A stretch of 62,596 nt of DNA, counting the filler, from an uncultured bacterium (GTDB lineage: Bacteria > Latescibacterota > UBA2968): the NCBI GenBank assembly GCA_964471275.1. It is 4 parts of 4 records of this genome, joined end to end, with 100 filler letters (N's around TTAATTAATTAA, not from the genome) between each part and the next. Parts side by side here need not be neighbours in the genome. Positions count along the whole stretch, not along the records: positions 1 to 15,920 come from CAYYGZ010000100.1; positions 16,021 to 31,678 come from CAYYGZ010000102.1; 2 more parts are not named here. One strand, given 5' to 3'. The notes below the pieces were generated by a model. It ran no database searches and was not told where the DNA came from. It saw only the letters and a program-made list of their open reading frames with translations. A program made the position numbers and the translations under genes. Numbering within the stretch: the first letter of the stretch is position 1; every line of letters starts with the position of its first letter. Below, in pieces: positions 8,809 through 18,357 of the stretch.

Positions 8809-10266
8809 TCAAGATTTCGGACGCAGACGGTCACGCAAGACCTGTCCCTTCGCTCCCCTATCTATTGAATCCACAAAGGTGATGGTACCCGGCTGCTTAT
8901 ACCGCGCCAATCGATGTTCACAGAGATTGCGTAGCTCTGCCTCGCTGGCCGCAGAGCCCTGAGCGACGACGAATGCGGCAACCTCCTCTCCCGCCCGGTC
9001 GTCGGGTATACCGATCACGCCAGCGTCAGCAACACCGGGCAGACTCATCAGAACTTGCTCAATCTCGACAGGGGAGATGTTGTATCCATTCCGGATAATC
9101 AGATCCTTGAGCCTGTCAACGATGAACACATCTCGATCCTCATCAATCCGGGCAAAATCGCCGGTCCGAAACCACCCATCGACAAAGAAATCCTCTGCTG
9201 CTGCGGGCTCATCCAAATAACCCGAGAAGACACCCGGTCCCCTGACTACCAACTCCCCGTCACCTGTTGAGACAATACCACGGTCGTCATTCAGCACTGC
9301 AAGTGTCGCGTAACCGGCTGCCCGACCCACGCCGCCGGTTTTACGCGGTGTCTGAGGCGTGCGGAAAGCGCACACAGGAGAGGTCTCGGTCAGGCCGTAG
9401 CCCTCAACCACCGATAGTTGCATGGCCGACTCCATTTCCGCGATCAGGTCTGGAGGAATGGGTGCACCACCGACCAGGACGTGCTCCAGAGGGAGCGGGG
9501 CGGCTTTCAGCTTCCAGGCGTTCAGAAGCGCAGCAGCGGCACTGGGCACGAGAGCAATTGTCGTAACCTGTCTCTTGTCGATCAGGGAGAGAAGCGCCTG
9601 GGTATCGAACCTGGACTGATAGGCCAGGGATGCACCCGAAAGCAGCGGGGCATTCTGCATGCACGTCATCGCAAAACTGTGTGAAAGAGGCAAAACGGCT
9701 GCGGTTGTGAGGCCTGGACCCCACTTCTCTGGCGCGAGACTCTCCTCCGCGACCCAATCGGCATTGGATTGGACGTTCTTGTGACTGAGCAAGATGCCCT
9801 TCGGGTGCCCCGTGGTTCCTGACGAGAAGAATATAACTGCCTGATCCACGCAGGATCGTGGTTCGGGGGTTTCGATCTCGGGACCGTCTGGCAACAGCTC
9901 CAGTCTCTCGACGTCCTCAACAAGCATGTCAGGGTCACGGTCTGCTTCTTCGCAGAGAAACAGGGGGGCCGCGAGTCTGGCTCTCAATCTGACTGTCTCC
10001 GCACGGGTCAGCAATGTACTGATCGGAACCGCAACTGCCCCCGCAGCGAGGACTGCGAAGTAGAGAATTGTCGTTGCGGGCCCGTTCGAGACCTGGTAGA
10101 GGACACGGTCTCCCGGGGAAATGCCTGCCGCCTTGAGTCCCCCGCTGACACGCTGGACATGACTGACCACGTCGCCGTAAGAGTATGTCTCCTCCTCCCC
10201 GCAGATGGCGGGTCGATCTGGGTGTCGGCTTGCTGAATCCCATAGACGCTCGGCAATATTGCTCAC
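8809..10266 (-). CDS. AMP-binding acyl-CoA synthetase (long-chain fatty acid CoA ligase-like)
   Basis: FSSGTTGHPKG, EGYGLTETSP, WFRTGD, DRLKDLIIRNGYNI.P.EIE. Confidence 0.92.
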   Translation of the reverse strand: MSNIAERLWDSASRHPDRPAICGEEETYSYGDVVSHVQRVSGGLKAAGISPGDRVLYQVSNGPATTILYFAVLAAGAVAVPISTLLTRAETVRLRARLAAPLFLCEEADRDPDMLVEDVERLELLPDGPEIETPEPRSCVDQAVIFFSSGTTGHPKGILLSHKNVQSNADWVAEESLAPEKWGPGLTTAAVLPLSHSFAMTCMQNAPLLSGASLAYQSRFDTQALLSLIDKRQVTTIALVPSAAAALLNAWKLKAAPLPLEHVLVGGAPIPPDLIAEMESAMQLSVVEGYGLTETSPVCAFRTPQTPRKTGGVGRAAGYATLAVLNDDRGIVSTGDGELVVRGPGVFSGYLDEPAAAEDFFVDGWFRTGDFARIDEDRDVFIVDRLKDLIIRNGYNISPVEIEQVLMSLPGVADAGVIGIPDDRAGEEVAAFVVAQGSAASEAELRNLCEHRLARYKQPGTITFVDSIDRGAKGQVLRDRLRPKS

Positions 10267-11063
10267 GGCAGCCCCAATACTTCCGGGATGTCAGCGACGC
10301 TCGACCAAACGTGATCAGGCCTGTATGCGTAGCGACCTGCGTCCTCGGCAGTCGAGACACCCGTTAGGACGAGAGCGGAACGCATGCCTGCTTCGACCGC
10401 CATTCGGACATCGGTCTCCATTCGATCACCCACCATAATGACTTCACCAGGTGAGCAATCGAGCCTTCGCAGCGCAACCTCTGCGCAGCGGCGCGAAGGC
10501 TTGCCGAGAACAGCATCGATCGGCCTCTGAAGGACGGCCTCCAGAGCCGCAATCGAGGCCCCCGCATCCAGTATCTCTCCATCCTTGAGTGGACAGATGA
10601 CATCTGGATTCGTGGCGACAATCGTGGCACCCTCACGCGCGGCTGTGTATGCAAAGTGCAGCTTCGCATAATCCAGCGTGCGATCTAGGGAAACGATAAC
10701 GACATCCGTCTCCTCCGGGCAGGTCGCCAGTACGAACCCCGACTCCAGAAGCGTCTCCCTCAGGTAGTCCTCGCCTATCAGGTAGATGCGACGACCTTCT
10801 CCGCCAGCAAGCAGGTAGTCGCGTGTCAGGGTCACTGACGTGATGACGTCGGAGGGGCTCGACGCAATGCCAAGAGCTGTCAATTTGTCTGCATAGGACG
10901 TGGGCGATGCGATCGGCTTGTTTGTCAGAAAGACGACCTTGATTCCCGCCGACCTCAGCGCCTCTATGGTATCATCTGCACCGTCAATCAGTCCCTCACC
11001 CAGGTAGAGCGTTCCGTCAAGATCGAAAACCATCGCGTTTGGGATCTCATTGTTGTTCTTCAT
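10263..11063 (-). CDS. HAD-IIA family hydrolase (NagD-like)
   Basis: FDLDGTLY, FLTN, ATNPD, GKP, MVGDRMETD, LVLTG. Confidence 0.93.
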   Translation of the reverse strand: MKNNNEIPNAMVFDLDGTLYLGEGLIDGADDTIEALRSAGIKVVFLTNKPIASPTSYADKLTALGIASSPSDVITSVTLTRDYLLAGGEGRRIYLIGEDYLRETLLESGFVLATCPEETDVVIVSLDRTLDYAKLHFAYTAAREGATIVATNPDVICPLKDGEILDAGASIAALEAVLQRPIDAVLGKPSRRCAEVALRRLDCSPGEVIMVGDRMETDVRMAVEAGMRSALVLTGVSTAEDAGRYAYRPDHVWSSVADIPEVLGLP

Positions 11064-11141
11064 GCTGTTTCTGCTTGTATCCGATGTTAAGAGAGGGTAA
11101 CCTAGGTACGTTGATCGAACAATCTACCTAGAGGGACACTT

Positions 11142-12341
11142 TTGGCACTAGACGAAACATTCTGGGCAGGCCTGCGAACACAATTCCTGAATGCCCCGGA
11201 CCAAATCTACCTGAACACGGGCTCGTGGGGTGTGATGCCAAGACCTGTCCACGATGCATACTTGGCGAGACTGCGGGAATTGGAGCTCAACCCCACTCGA
11301 AATCGCGGCCCTCTCAGAGAGCAACAGGCAGAGGCTCGATCCACACTTTCCGAGTTTATGAATATACAAGGTGAGGACGTTGCATTCCTACCGAATGTGA
11401 CCGCAGCGATCAATCTGGTGATCAACGGGCTGGACTGGGAAGAGGGTGACGAGATCCTCACGACTGATCAAGAATACGGCGCGATTCTGAACTGCCTGCA
11501 CAATGCGGCCACGCGTTGGAAGGTTCGTGTTGTATCTGCAGAGATTCCGATCCCTCCCACGTGCCCTGACGACATTCTGAACCCAATCGGCGCGTCCTTT
11601 ACACCACGGACAAAACTGGTCGTGTGCAGTCATATCACGACACGCACAGGAATCATCACACCGATTGCTGAGATTTCAAAATTGGCTCACGAAAAAGGTG
11701 CCCTGGCTGCGTTCGACGGTGCTCACGGTCCGGGAATGATCCCGCTGGACATAGAAGCATCGGGTGCCGACTTCTACGGTGGAAACTGCCACAAGTGGCT
11801 GTGTTCCCCGAAGGGCGTGGGGTTTCTGTATGCAGCGCCATCCGTGCAGTCACGCCTTCATCACCTGATCGTGAGCTGGGGATACGACCGTAAAGGCGTG
11901 AATCTCGCATCGAGCCGACCCGAGATCAACGGAAATCCTCTGATGTGGGGCATGGAAACCTGGGGAACAACAGATATGGTTGCGCAAGCCGCGGTCGGCG
12001 AGGCAGTTCAGTTCCAGAAAGATATCGGGGTCGACGAAATTTCCAGCCGGGGACGAGAACTGTCCGGCTACCTCAGATCTCGGATAGACCCATTGCCCTG
12101 GGCACGCGTTCTCTCCCCCTCGGCCGAGGGCATGTATGGGTCCATAACGACCTGCTTTTTTGAAGGATTGGGGGGTGTCGAACTCGGACAAAGGTTATTT
12201 GAGCACGACCGTATCACGATCCCTGTCTTCGAGGATGGCGACGATTGTGTGATCCGTACATCTACGCACCTCTACAATACGGCATCGGAAATCGACGTCC
12301 TCCTGGATAGTCTGGCGCGCGTCAGGGCCAGGGCCGCCTAG
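11142..12341 (+). CDS. Class V PLP-dependent enzyme (isopenicillin N epimerase / C-S lyase-like)
   Basis: YLNTGSWG, DGAH.PG, GNCHKWLCSPKG, R.STHLYN. Confidence 0.88.
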   Translation: MALDETFWAGLRTQFLNAPDQIYLNTGSWGVMPRPVHDAYLARLRELELNPTRNRGPLREQQAEARSTLSEFMNIQGEDVAFLPNVTAAINLVINGLDWEEGDEILTTDQEYGAILNCLHNAATRWKVRVVSAEIPIPPTCPDDILNPIGASFTPRTKLVVCSHITTRTGIITPIAEISKLAHEKGALAAFDGAHGPGMIPLDIEASGADFYGGNCHKWLCSPKGVGFLYAAPSVQSRLHHLIVSWGYDRKGVNLASSRPEINGNPLMWGMETWGTTDMVAQAAVGEAVQFQKDIGVDEISSRGRELSGYLRSRIDPLPWARVLSPSAEGMYGSITTCFFEGLGGVELGQRLFEHDRITIPVFEDGDDCVIRTSTHLYNTASEIDVLLDSLARVRARAA

Positions 12342-13687
12342 CAGGTCACCGAATCGAGATACTCGGTTTCGTTCACTCTGGTGAACGTCAGGGATTGACC
12401 ACGAATATTCTCCACCCGGCGAGATTCCTCAGCGGGGGCCTCGGCGTCCCCCCCCCCGGAAAGCCCCTCCTCGAGCACTCTCCCATCCACCCCGGAATCC
12501 AGTCCGTATGTGCGAAGGACAGACGGAGCGATGTCAACCGCGGCTGTCGGGGATTCGATCCGAAGCCCCGAGCGGAACGATGGGCCCGCGGCGAGCAGGA
12601 CGCCTCTGCGGTCGTGGGGACTCAAACTGCCGTGTGTTGCGATACCACCAGCACCGTAAACCATTCCCTCGACACCGTTCACGTTCACGTCCTGTGTCCA
12701 CCTTCTCGAATAGACGATATCCGGTGACCGGTCATCGTGATCAATCCGCAGGAGTGTCTTGCTGAATGTTCCCTCCACAATACCGAATTGCCCGTCTCCA
12801 CTGTCTCTTGTGAATACGGGTCCCGCCCAGGCCTGCGAAAGAAGTCCAGCTACTGCTGCTTCCAGGTCACGATCTACGTCGGCCAGATAGATTCCTGATG
12901 ATCCGAACCACGCGCGTTCCGTCGGTAAATCGAGCCAAAGGTCCTCCGGTGTCGATCCTACGGTCGAGAAGCCGTGATCCGAGGCTAGGATCAGGTCTAC
13001 CCCATCAGGCATCGATCTGTAGAGACGAGCCAGCCGACCATCGTTTTTCCTTATGGCCGAGCGCGACTTACCGGAACCCAGTCCCCACTTATGCTGTGTA
13101 AAGTCTGGATCGCAGAGCCAAAGGACGCCCACATCATACAGCCCTGACTGTGCCGCATCACCAAATATCCGACAGGCCAGATCATTCCACGCGTCTGGCG
13201 GGTCCGACTCCCCTGGAAAATCGCCATATTGATCGACGATACGGGCCGATTCCTCCTCGGGCCATGCGAAACCCCGCACGTTAACGATCTTGTCCGGCCG
13301 CGTTGGTGCCTGCAGGAAAGTCGAGCCAGGCGAACCGGATCCCACGATGATTGTCCGCTTCCCCGCATCTGCCAGGAGTTCACAGAGCGTAGGCACCGCG
13401 AGGATCCCATCAGGGCCATCGTTCAACCGCGCAAGATCCGTATGATCGCCCGTGTTGATCATCTTTTTCCGTGATCTGGACCAGAAACGATTTGCGACGA
13501 TACCGTGGCGTCCAGGATAACAGCCTGTTGCGATGCTGGATGAATTCACCCGTGTTTCTGTCGGGAAGACAGCAGAGTGATTGCTGAACGTCACCCCGTG
13601 GTCCTGTAACGCGCATACTGCAGGAGTCAATCCACAGTTTATGAATTCAGGTCTTAGTCCATCCCAAACAATGATAGCAGTTCTCAT
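12338..13687 (-). CDS. Alkaline phosphatase superfamily / nucleotide pyrophosphatase-type hydrolase
   Basis: VWDGLRP, FPTETRVN..SIATG..PGRHGI, DPDFTQH, SDHG, HGSLSP; start taken at MRTAII. Confidence 0.85.
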   Translation of the reverse strand: MRTAIIVWDGLRPEFINCGLTPAVCALQDHGVTFSNHSAVFPTETRVNSSSIATGCYPGRHGIVANRFWSRSRKKMINTGDHTDLARLNDGPDGILAVPTLCELLADAGKRTIIVGSGSPGSTFLQAPTRPDKIVNVRGFAWPEEESARIVDQYGDFPGESDPPDAWNDLACRIFGDAAQSGLYDVGVLWLCDPDFTQHKWGLGSGKSRSAIRKNDGRLARLYRSMPDGVDLILASDHGFSTVGSTPEDLWLDLPTERAWFGSSGIYLADVDRDLEAAVAGLLSQAWAGPVFTRDSGDGQFGIVEGTFSKTLLRIDHDDRSPDIVYSRRWTQDVNVNGVEGMVYGAGGIATHGSLSPHDRRGVLLAAGPSFRSGLRIESPTAAVDIAPSVLRTYGLDSGVDGRVLEEGLSGGGDAEAPAEESRRVENIRGQSLTFTRVNETEYLDSVTC

Positions 13688-13903
13688 TCCGCCCCGTCCT
13701 CTGGATTCCTTCGATACGACGTGAAAATCATTTTCAGACAAAGCTTGCCCACTTTGGAGATTCGATGCATAATTGACTAAATATCAAAGGGATGGGCCAA
13801 AATCGGCCTAAATAGGCAGAAAGTACAAATACTATTTGAAAATCGCGATTTGCGACCATTCAGTGAAGTCAAAAATCGGTGTAGACCCTAGTAAATTTTT
13901 ATC

Positions 13904-13933
13904 TTGCGCCACTTCGGCCCCCCGGGATATATT
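13904..13933 (+). promoter_or_regulatory. Putative sigma70 promoter of the HU gene
   Basis: TTGCGC, 18 nt spacer, TATATT in an AT-rich intergenic region. Confidence 0.35.
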
Positions 13934-13973
13934 AACCGCCGTCTTTCTGGGAGCCACCTAGACGGAGAAAGGT

Positions 13974-14378
13974 ATGACCACAACCAAAAAGGACCTCGCC
14001 CTTCGGATTTCGGAGAAGTTGGGCGTGAAGAAACAGCTGGCCTATGAGGTTGTCGATACCCTCTTCAAGGCGATGCGGGAAAGCCTGATCCAAGGGAACC
14101 GTATCGAGATCCGGGGTTTCGGTGTGCTCGGTGTCAAAGATACCAAGCCGAAACCGGCAGCTCGGAATCCCCGCACTGGCGAAATTGTCTATGTGCCGGC
14201 GAGGAAGAAGAGCTACTTCAAGGCGGGTGTTCTAATCAAGAAGGCTCTCCACCAGCCTTTGGCGACGGTGGAAGGGCAAGGCGAGCAGACTCCTCAGCCT
14301 GACGAGCCAACCTCACAACAGCAACCGGGATTGGCTCCCAAACCTGTTCAGCCCCCTCCTCCATCAGGCGGACAGTAG
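13974..14378 (+). CDS. HU/IHF DNA-binding protein with Pro/Gln-rich C-terminal tail
   Basis: TKKDL..IS, IEIRGFG, ARNPRTGE.VYVPA..F. Confidence 0.92.
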   Translation: MTTTKKDLALRISEKLGVKKQLAYEVVDTLFKAMRESLIQGNRIEIRGFGVLGVKDTKPKPAARNPRTGEIVYVPARKKSYFKAGVLIKKALHQPLATVEGQGEQTPQPDEPTSQQQPGLAPKPVQPPPPSGGQ

Positions 14379-14503
14379 CCGGAATAGAGAGCTTTCCGGA
14401 TCTTCGAGCTCATGAAGAGTCTGGCCGCATAATGCCAGGAACCGGGGCAGTATGAGTTCCTGCCTCGGCTGTCACCCACTCACCCACGAATCACTCTTCC
14501 TCC

Positions 14504-14746
14504 TCATCGCCTTCTCGGACTGCTGACGTAACATACGTTATATGCCTTGTTCAGAACGAGAACCGCCTTTGGAATGTCGTTGGCGCGTAGGCTGTCGCTG
14601 TTCTGCCATTCTCCGATCTTGCCACGGTAAAGATGCTGGAACGCCACGCTCTTGCCTGTAAAGGCGTCCTCTCCTCGTTTGGATTCGTTCTGGAACACAG
14701 CGGCACTGCACCTTCCGGGTCGGAATACGATCTCCGGTTGTGCCAC
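14504..14746 (-). CDS. Small hypothetical protein, possibly nucleic-acid binding
   Basis: Perfect RBS AAAGGAGGTGA before GTG 14746; ...SVAFQHLYRGKIGEWQNSDSLRANDIPKAVLVLNKAY. Confidence 0.6.
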   Translation of the reverse strand: MAQPEIVFRPGRCSAAVFQNESKRGEDAFTGKSVAFQHLYRGKIGEWQNSDSLRANDIPKAVLVLNKAYNVCYVSSPRRR

Positions 14747-14986
14747 ACTATCACCTCCTTTTATCTGTAATCGTGTTGCCTGCTGCCATTCGGTGAACCA
14801 GAACTGAATCAGAGGAACACAGGCTTCCATTTACTAACCCGTCTTTTGTGCCAAAGATGTTGCTAGTGTATTGTCGTAAATAGATGTATCTAATTAGCAA
14901 TTCTGCCGTGACGCCACAATCCGTCTTGGCAGCACCCATCGAGGACTCGTTTATGGATCAACCCTTATTGGAGGCAGAAGACCGCG

Positions 14987-15763
14987 ATGAGTCCCGAATT
15001 GCCCAGAGATTTCGCCAATCGCCTGACAATCTCGAACGCGAAGGAACGGCTAGCGGAAGCCCAGAACGTGGGAGATCGCATCCAGGCGGCTGGCGTCCCC
15101 CTGATGGCGAATCCCGATCACGCAGCTGTTTTTGTGGATCCACCTCACGTCCTGGCGGGCCCCCTGAAGCGGATTGGATATTTGACCGGATGGGATGCAA
15201 GATGCTATCCATCTCCCGTCGACGGTCAGGACTACATCAACGTGTCGGCGGCTCTGCCGGACGGTCACGCTGCGCTGGATGACGGGTGGCCCAAGTATGT
15301 GGCTGTGGTTCATCCGGTTGACGAGACAGCTCGGAGTCTGATGCTTGCCCAGGGCTACGGTAATCCGTTCCTACACCATATCACGTGGGGGATCGTGCCT
15401 CCCGACAGGGAGCCAGATGAGGATGAACTGACCTATGCGGGAAGAGTCGTGACGTTCATGGTCAAGGTGAGACAAACGATCGGTGAAACAATCGGGGACA
15501 CACCGGGAACGTTGATCGTCGCCTTACCCAGCACCGTGGTGAACGATCCCAACTTCCCTGCACGACGGCTAGACTGGGTCGGCGATCTGTCGGAGGCTGC
15601 GTATCAGTTTGAGGAAATGGATGGTGGCGGCTATCTGCTTCAGTTCTTCGTGCTGTCGGGAGGACGGATCGAGGTCGCTCTGCGCATCGCTACCCGGCAG
15701 ACATTCAATCCGAAGAGCGTGCACAAGATCTCGGAAGACGAGATCAGCACCGTTCAGGACTAG
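14987..15763 (+). CDS. Hypothetical protein, VOC/HPPD-like metalloenzyme
   Basis: GGAGG upstream; DHAAVFV, LHHITWG and GYLLQFF..GGRIEVALR resemble the HPPD catalytic domain. Confidence 0.6.
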   Translation: MSPELPRDFANRLTISNAKERLAEAQNVGDRIQAAGVPLMANPDHAAVFVDPPHVLAGPLKRIGYLTGWDARCYPSPVDGQDYINVSAALPDGHAALDDGWPKYVAVVHPVDETARSLMLAQGYGNPFLHHITWGIVPPDREPDEDELTYAGRVVTFMVKVRQTIGETIGDTPGTLIVALPSTVVNDPNFPARRLDWVGDLSEAAYQFEEMDGGGYLLQFFVLSGGRIEVALRIATRQTFNPKSVHKISEDEISTVQD

Positions 15764-15920
15764 TGTCGTGTCCCAGAAATAACCGTGCAAAGTCGCTGGA
15801 TCTTTGATAGGATCGACTCAGTTGTAGCCGTCCACGCGAAGGGCGCGGTTTTCTCGTTGTAGTTCGTGGTAAAAGTTCTGATTCAGCCACGAAGCGTATG
15901 TTGGCGTGTAGTGGATGTGA
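15760..15920 (-). mobile_element. IS630-family element end with an internally deleted transposase 3' fragment
   Basis: HIHYTPTYASWLNQ, then in another frame TFTTNYNEKTAPFAWTATTESILSKIQRLCTVISGTRH*; ends at CTAG; the contig breaks inside it. Confidence 0.85.
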
Positions 15921-16020
15921 NNNNNNNNNNNNNNNNNNNNNNNNNNNNNNNNNNNNNNNNNNNNTTAATTAATTAANNNNNNNNNNNNNNNNNNNNNNNN
16001 NNNNNNNNNNNNNNNNNNNN
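15921..16020. other. Artificial contig linker
   Basis: N-run, TTAATTAATTAA, N-run. Confidence 0.99.
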
Positions 16021-16227
16021 GGGCTTGCCGGAAGACCGCGCCGTACCGAACGAACGCGTCAGAAGGTGGCAATAGGGATACGCCCTGCCCGTATCGATAC
16101 ACGGTATCGCTTTCGACTTTCCCCATTTCCAGAATCGAGCCACGTGACGTTCTGCCCTGTCCCTGACCGATCTGTATCTGCCTGAGGTAAGGTTGTATCT
16201 GTTCAGAAATCACACAGAGAAGAGCGT

Positions 16228-18081
16228 ATGACATCAAGAATCGTGAGTACGATCGGAATGATCGCTGCTCTCGCGCTATCACCCACAACAGCCGAGATAA
16301 CTATGCCCAAACTCGACAACCCCGTGACGGCGGAATACCTGAAGGAGAACCTGCGACCGGACCATCCTCGCCTGGGTCTGACGCCGCAGCGTGAAGCGGA
16401 TATTCGAAGCCGACTGGAAACCGATCCCGTGCTGCAGAACGTGTTTCAGGCACTGAAGCTGGATGCCGAGGAGATCCTGGGCGACCCACTGTTGACTCGG
16501 AAACAGGTCGGCCGTCGGCTACTTTCCGTCTCGCGAGAGATGCTCCGGCGGATCAATGTTCTGGGCTTCCTCTACCGGATGGAGAAGTCACCGGCGATAC
16601 TGGACCGGATACACGACGAGCTGCTGGCCGTCGCCGCATTCAGAGACTGGAACCCGAGCCACTTCCTGGACGTCGCCGAAATGTCGATGGCGGTCGCACT
16701 CGGACTGGATTGGACCGCCGGGGATCTGCCCGAAGACTCCTTCAACACGATACAGGCCGCACTGATCGAAAAGGGGTTGAGGACAGACAATGGCTCTACG
16801 CGCATCGTGGCCGGAACGAACAACTGGAACCAGGTGTGCACTGGCGGGATGATCGCCGCGGCATTGGCCGTTTCGGAAGTCGAGCCGGATCTGGCCGCCG
16901 ATGCGATCAGCCGCGCGCTCGACGCCATACCCAATGCCCTTTCGCACTACGCGCCAGATGGCGTCTACCCGGAGGGGTCGACCTACTGGGGGTATGGCAC
17001 GATGTATACGGCGATGACGTCGTCGATCCTGGAGACTTCGCTGGGAACAGACTTCGGGATCTTCGAGTATCCGGGACTGGCCAAAAGCGCTATGTATCGC
17101 GTCGTTATGAACGCCCCGTCAGGGCAATACTACAACTACGGCGACTGTGGAGACAGACGGAGTAGAAAGGGCGACATCACGCTCGTGTGGTTCGCATCGA
17201 AGACCGGGGATGGCACATACTTCGAACGGGAGCGCTTTCTGCTGCCACCTGAGCGGATGCGAAAGATGGATCGCCACATTGGGTTCGGTATGATCTGGCT
17301 TTCCAGGTTTGAGAATCGAACAACGAGCTCGGTTCCACCTGTCTGGTCCGGCCACAGCATCAACCCGGTGGCGGTGTTCCAAAGCGAGCCTGACGACTCC
17401 CGAGCCTATTACCTCGGCACAAAAGGCGGCTACGCCTCCATAAGTCACGGAAGTATGGATGCCGGCTCCTTCATTTTCGAGCTGAACGGCGTCCGCTGGG
17501 CGATTGAGATGGGCAACCAGTCGTATCACGAGATCGAAGAGACGGGATTCAAGCTCTGGGGCAAGGAACAGGACAGCGAGCGCTGGACGCTGCTTTCCAA
17601 GAGCAACTTCGGCCACAGTACGCTCACCGTCAACGGAGCGCACCACGAAGTCGACGGCGCGGCAACGCTCATCTACTGTAATGAAGGATCGGAACCCGAA
17701 ACGGCCTTTGATATGACGTTGGCCTTTGGTGACCACATCACGAAGGCGATACGCACCTTTTCCAAAGACAGCGACACGTCATTCGTCATCACAGATTCAC
17801 TGGTCGAATCCGACAAAACCGAAGCAATCACCTGGCAAATGCTCACGGTGGCCGACGTCGAGGTGATGGCCGGCGGCGCAATGCTGAGACAGGATGGCAA
17901 AGCACTGAAGCTCGAGAACCTGACCCATCCGGAAATCGAGGTGTCCATCGTTTCGCTCGATCCGCCACCCCACGAACTCGACAAGAAGATGGAAGGATTG
18001 AAACGGTTGGAAATCACAATCCCTGGCACGTCCGTTTCCGGAAACGATGTGGAACTGAAAATCAGACTCTCCGAGGGATAG
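16228..18081 (+). CDS. Secreted heparinase II/III-family polysaccharide lyase
   Basis: Signal peptide; HPRL, DWNPSHFLDVAEM, NNWNQVC.GG, YAPDGVYPEG.TYWGYG, HGSMDAGSF, HSTLTVNG. Confidence 0.88.
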   Translation: MTSRIVSTIGMIAALALSPTTAEITMPKLDNPVTAEYLKENLRPDHPRLGLTPQREADIRSRLETDPVLQNVFQALKLDAEEILGDPLLTRKQVGRRLLSVSREMLRRINVLGFLYRMEKSPAILDRIHDELLAVAAFRDWNPSHFLDVAEMSMAVALGLDWTAGDLPEDSFNTIQAALIEKGLRTDNGSTRIVAGTNNWNQVCTGGMIAAALAVSEVEPDLAADAISRALDAIPNALSHYAPDGVYPEGSTYWGYGTMYTAMTSSILETSLGTDFGIFEYPGLAKSAMYRVVMNAPSGQYYNYGDCGDRRSRKGDITLVWFASKTGDGTYFERERFLLPPERMRKMDRHIGFGMIWLSRFENRTTSSVPPVWSGHSINPVAVFQSEPDDSRAYYLGTKGGYASISHGSMDAGSFIFELNGVRWAIEMGNQSYHEIEETGFKLWGKEQDSERWTLLSKSNFGHSTLTVNGAHHEVDGAATLIYCNEGSEPETAFDMTLAFGDHITKAIRTFSKDSDTSFVITDSLVESDKTEAITWQMLTVADVEVMAGGAMLRQDGKALKLENLTHPEIEVSIVSLDPPPHELDKKMEGLKRLEITIPGTSVSGNDVELKIRLSEG

Positions 18082-18106
18082 GCTGCTCCCCCCTCCTTGA
18101 CGGTCC

Positions 18107-18247
18107 GTGGCGTTAAGACGGCTGGGAGTCGACACGAAGTTCCTGCTGTTCCCCGAAGAGCCCCACGAGCTGTCCCGGGATGGGCGCACGGATCGTCACG
18201 TGCTACGGCTGAAGGATACCGCTCGCTGGTTCGACAGGTATCTGTAG
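18107..18247 (+). pseudogene. Orphan C-terminal fragment of an S9 (prolyl oligopeptidase-type) peptidase
   Basis: ALRRLGVDTKFLLFPEEPHELSRDGRTDRHVLRLKDTARWFDRYL*, the catalytic-His region and C-terminus of S9C peptidases; absent from the ORF track. Confidence 0.78.
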
Positions 18248-18357
18248 ACTTTCTTGCCGCGCACGATGCAGAGAGACCAGAGAGCCAAATGGGAGGAAGG
18301 TCCAGGAAAAACCGGGATGACGGCAGACAGGAAGCGCCCTGTTGGTGGGTGCGTCTT

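Noticed and set aside
15921..16020. TTAATTAATTAA palindrome flanked by Ns (also at 31723 and 47216)
   Set aside because: It is an artificial six-frame-stop contig spacer. ORFs ending in 'LIN' and any synteny across it are artefacts.
16021..16126. Possible divergent gene start MGKVESDTVYRYGQG at the contig edge
   Set aside because: It is too short and has a weak RBS, so it cannot be supported.
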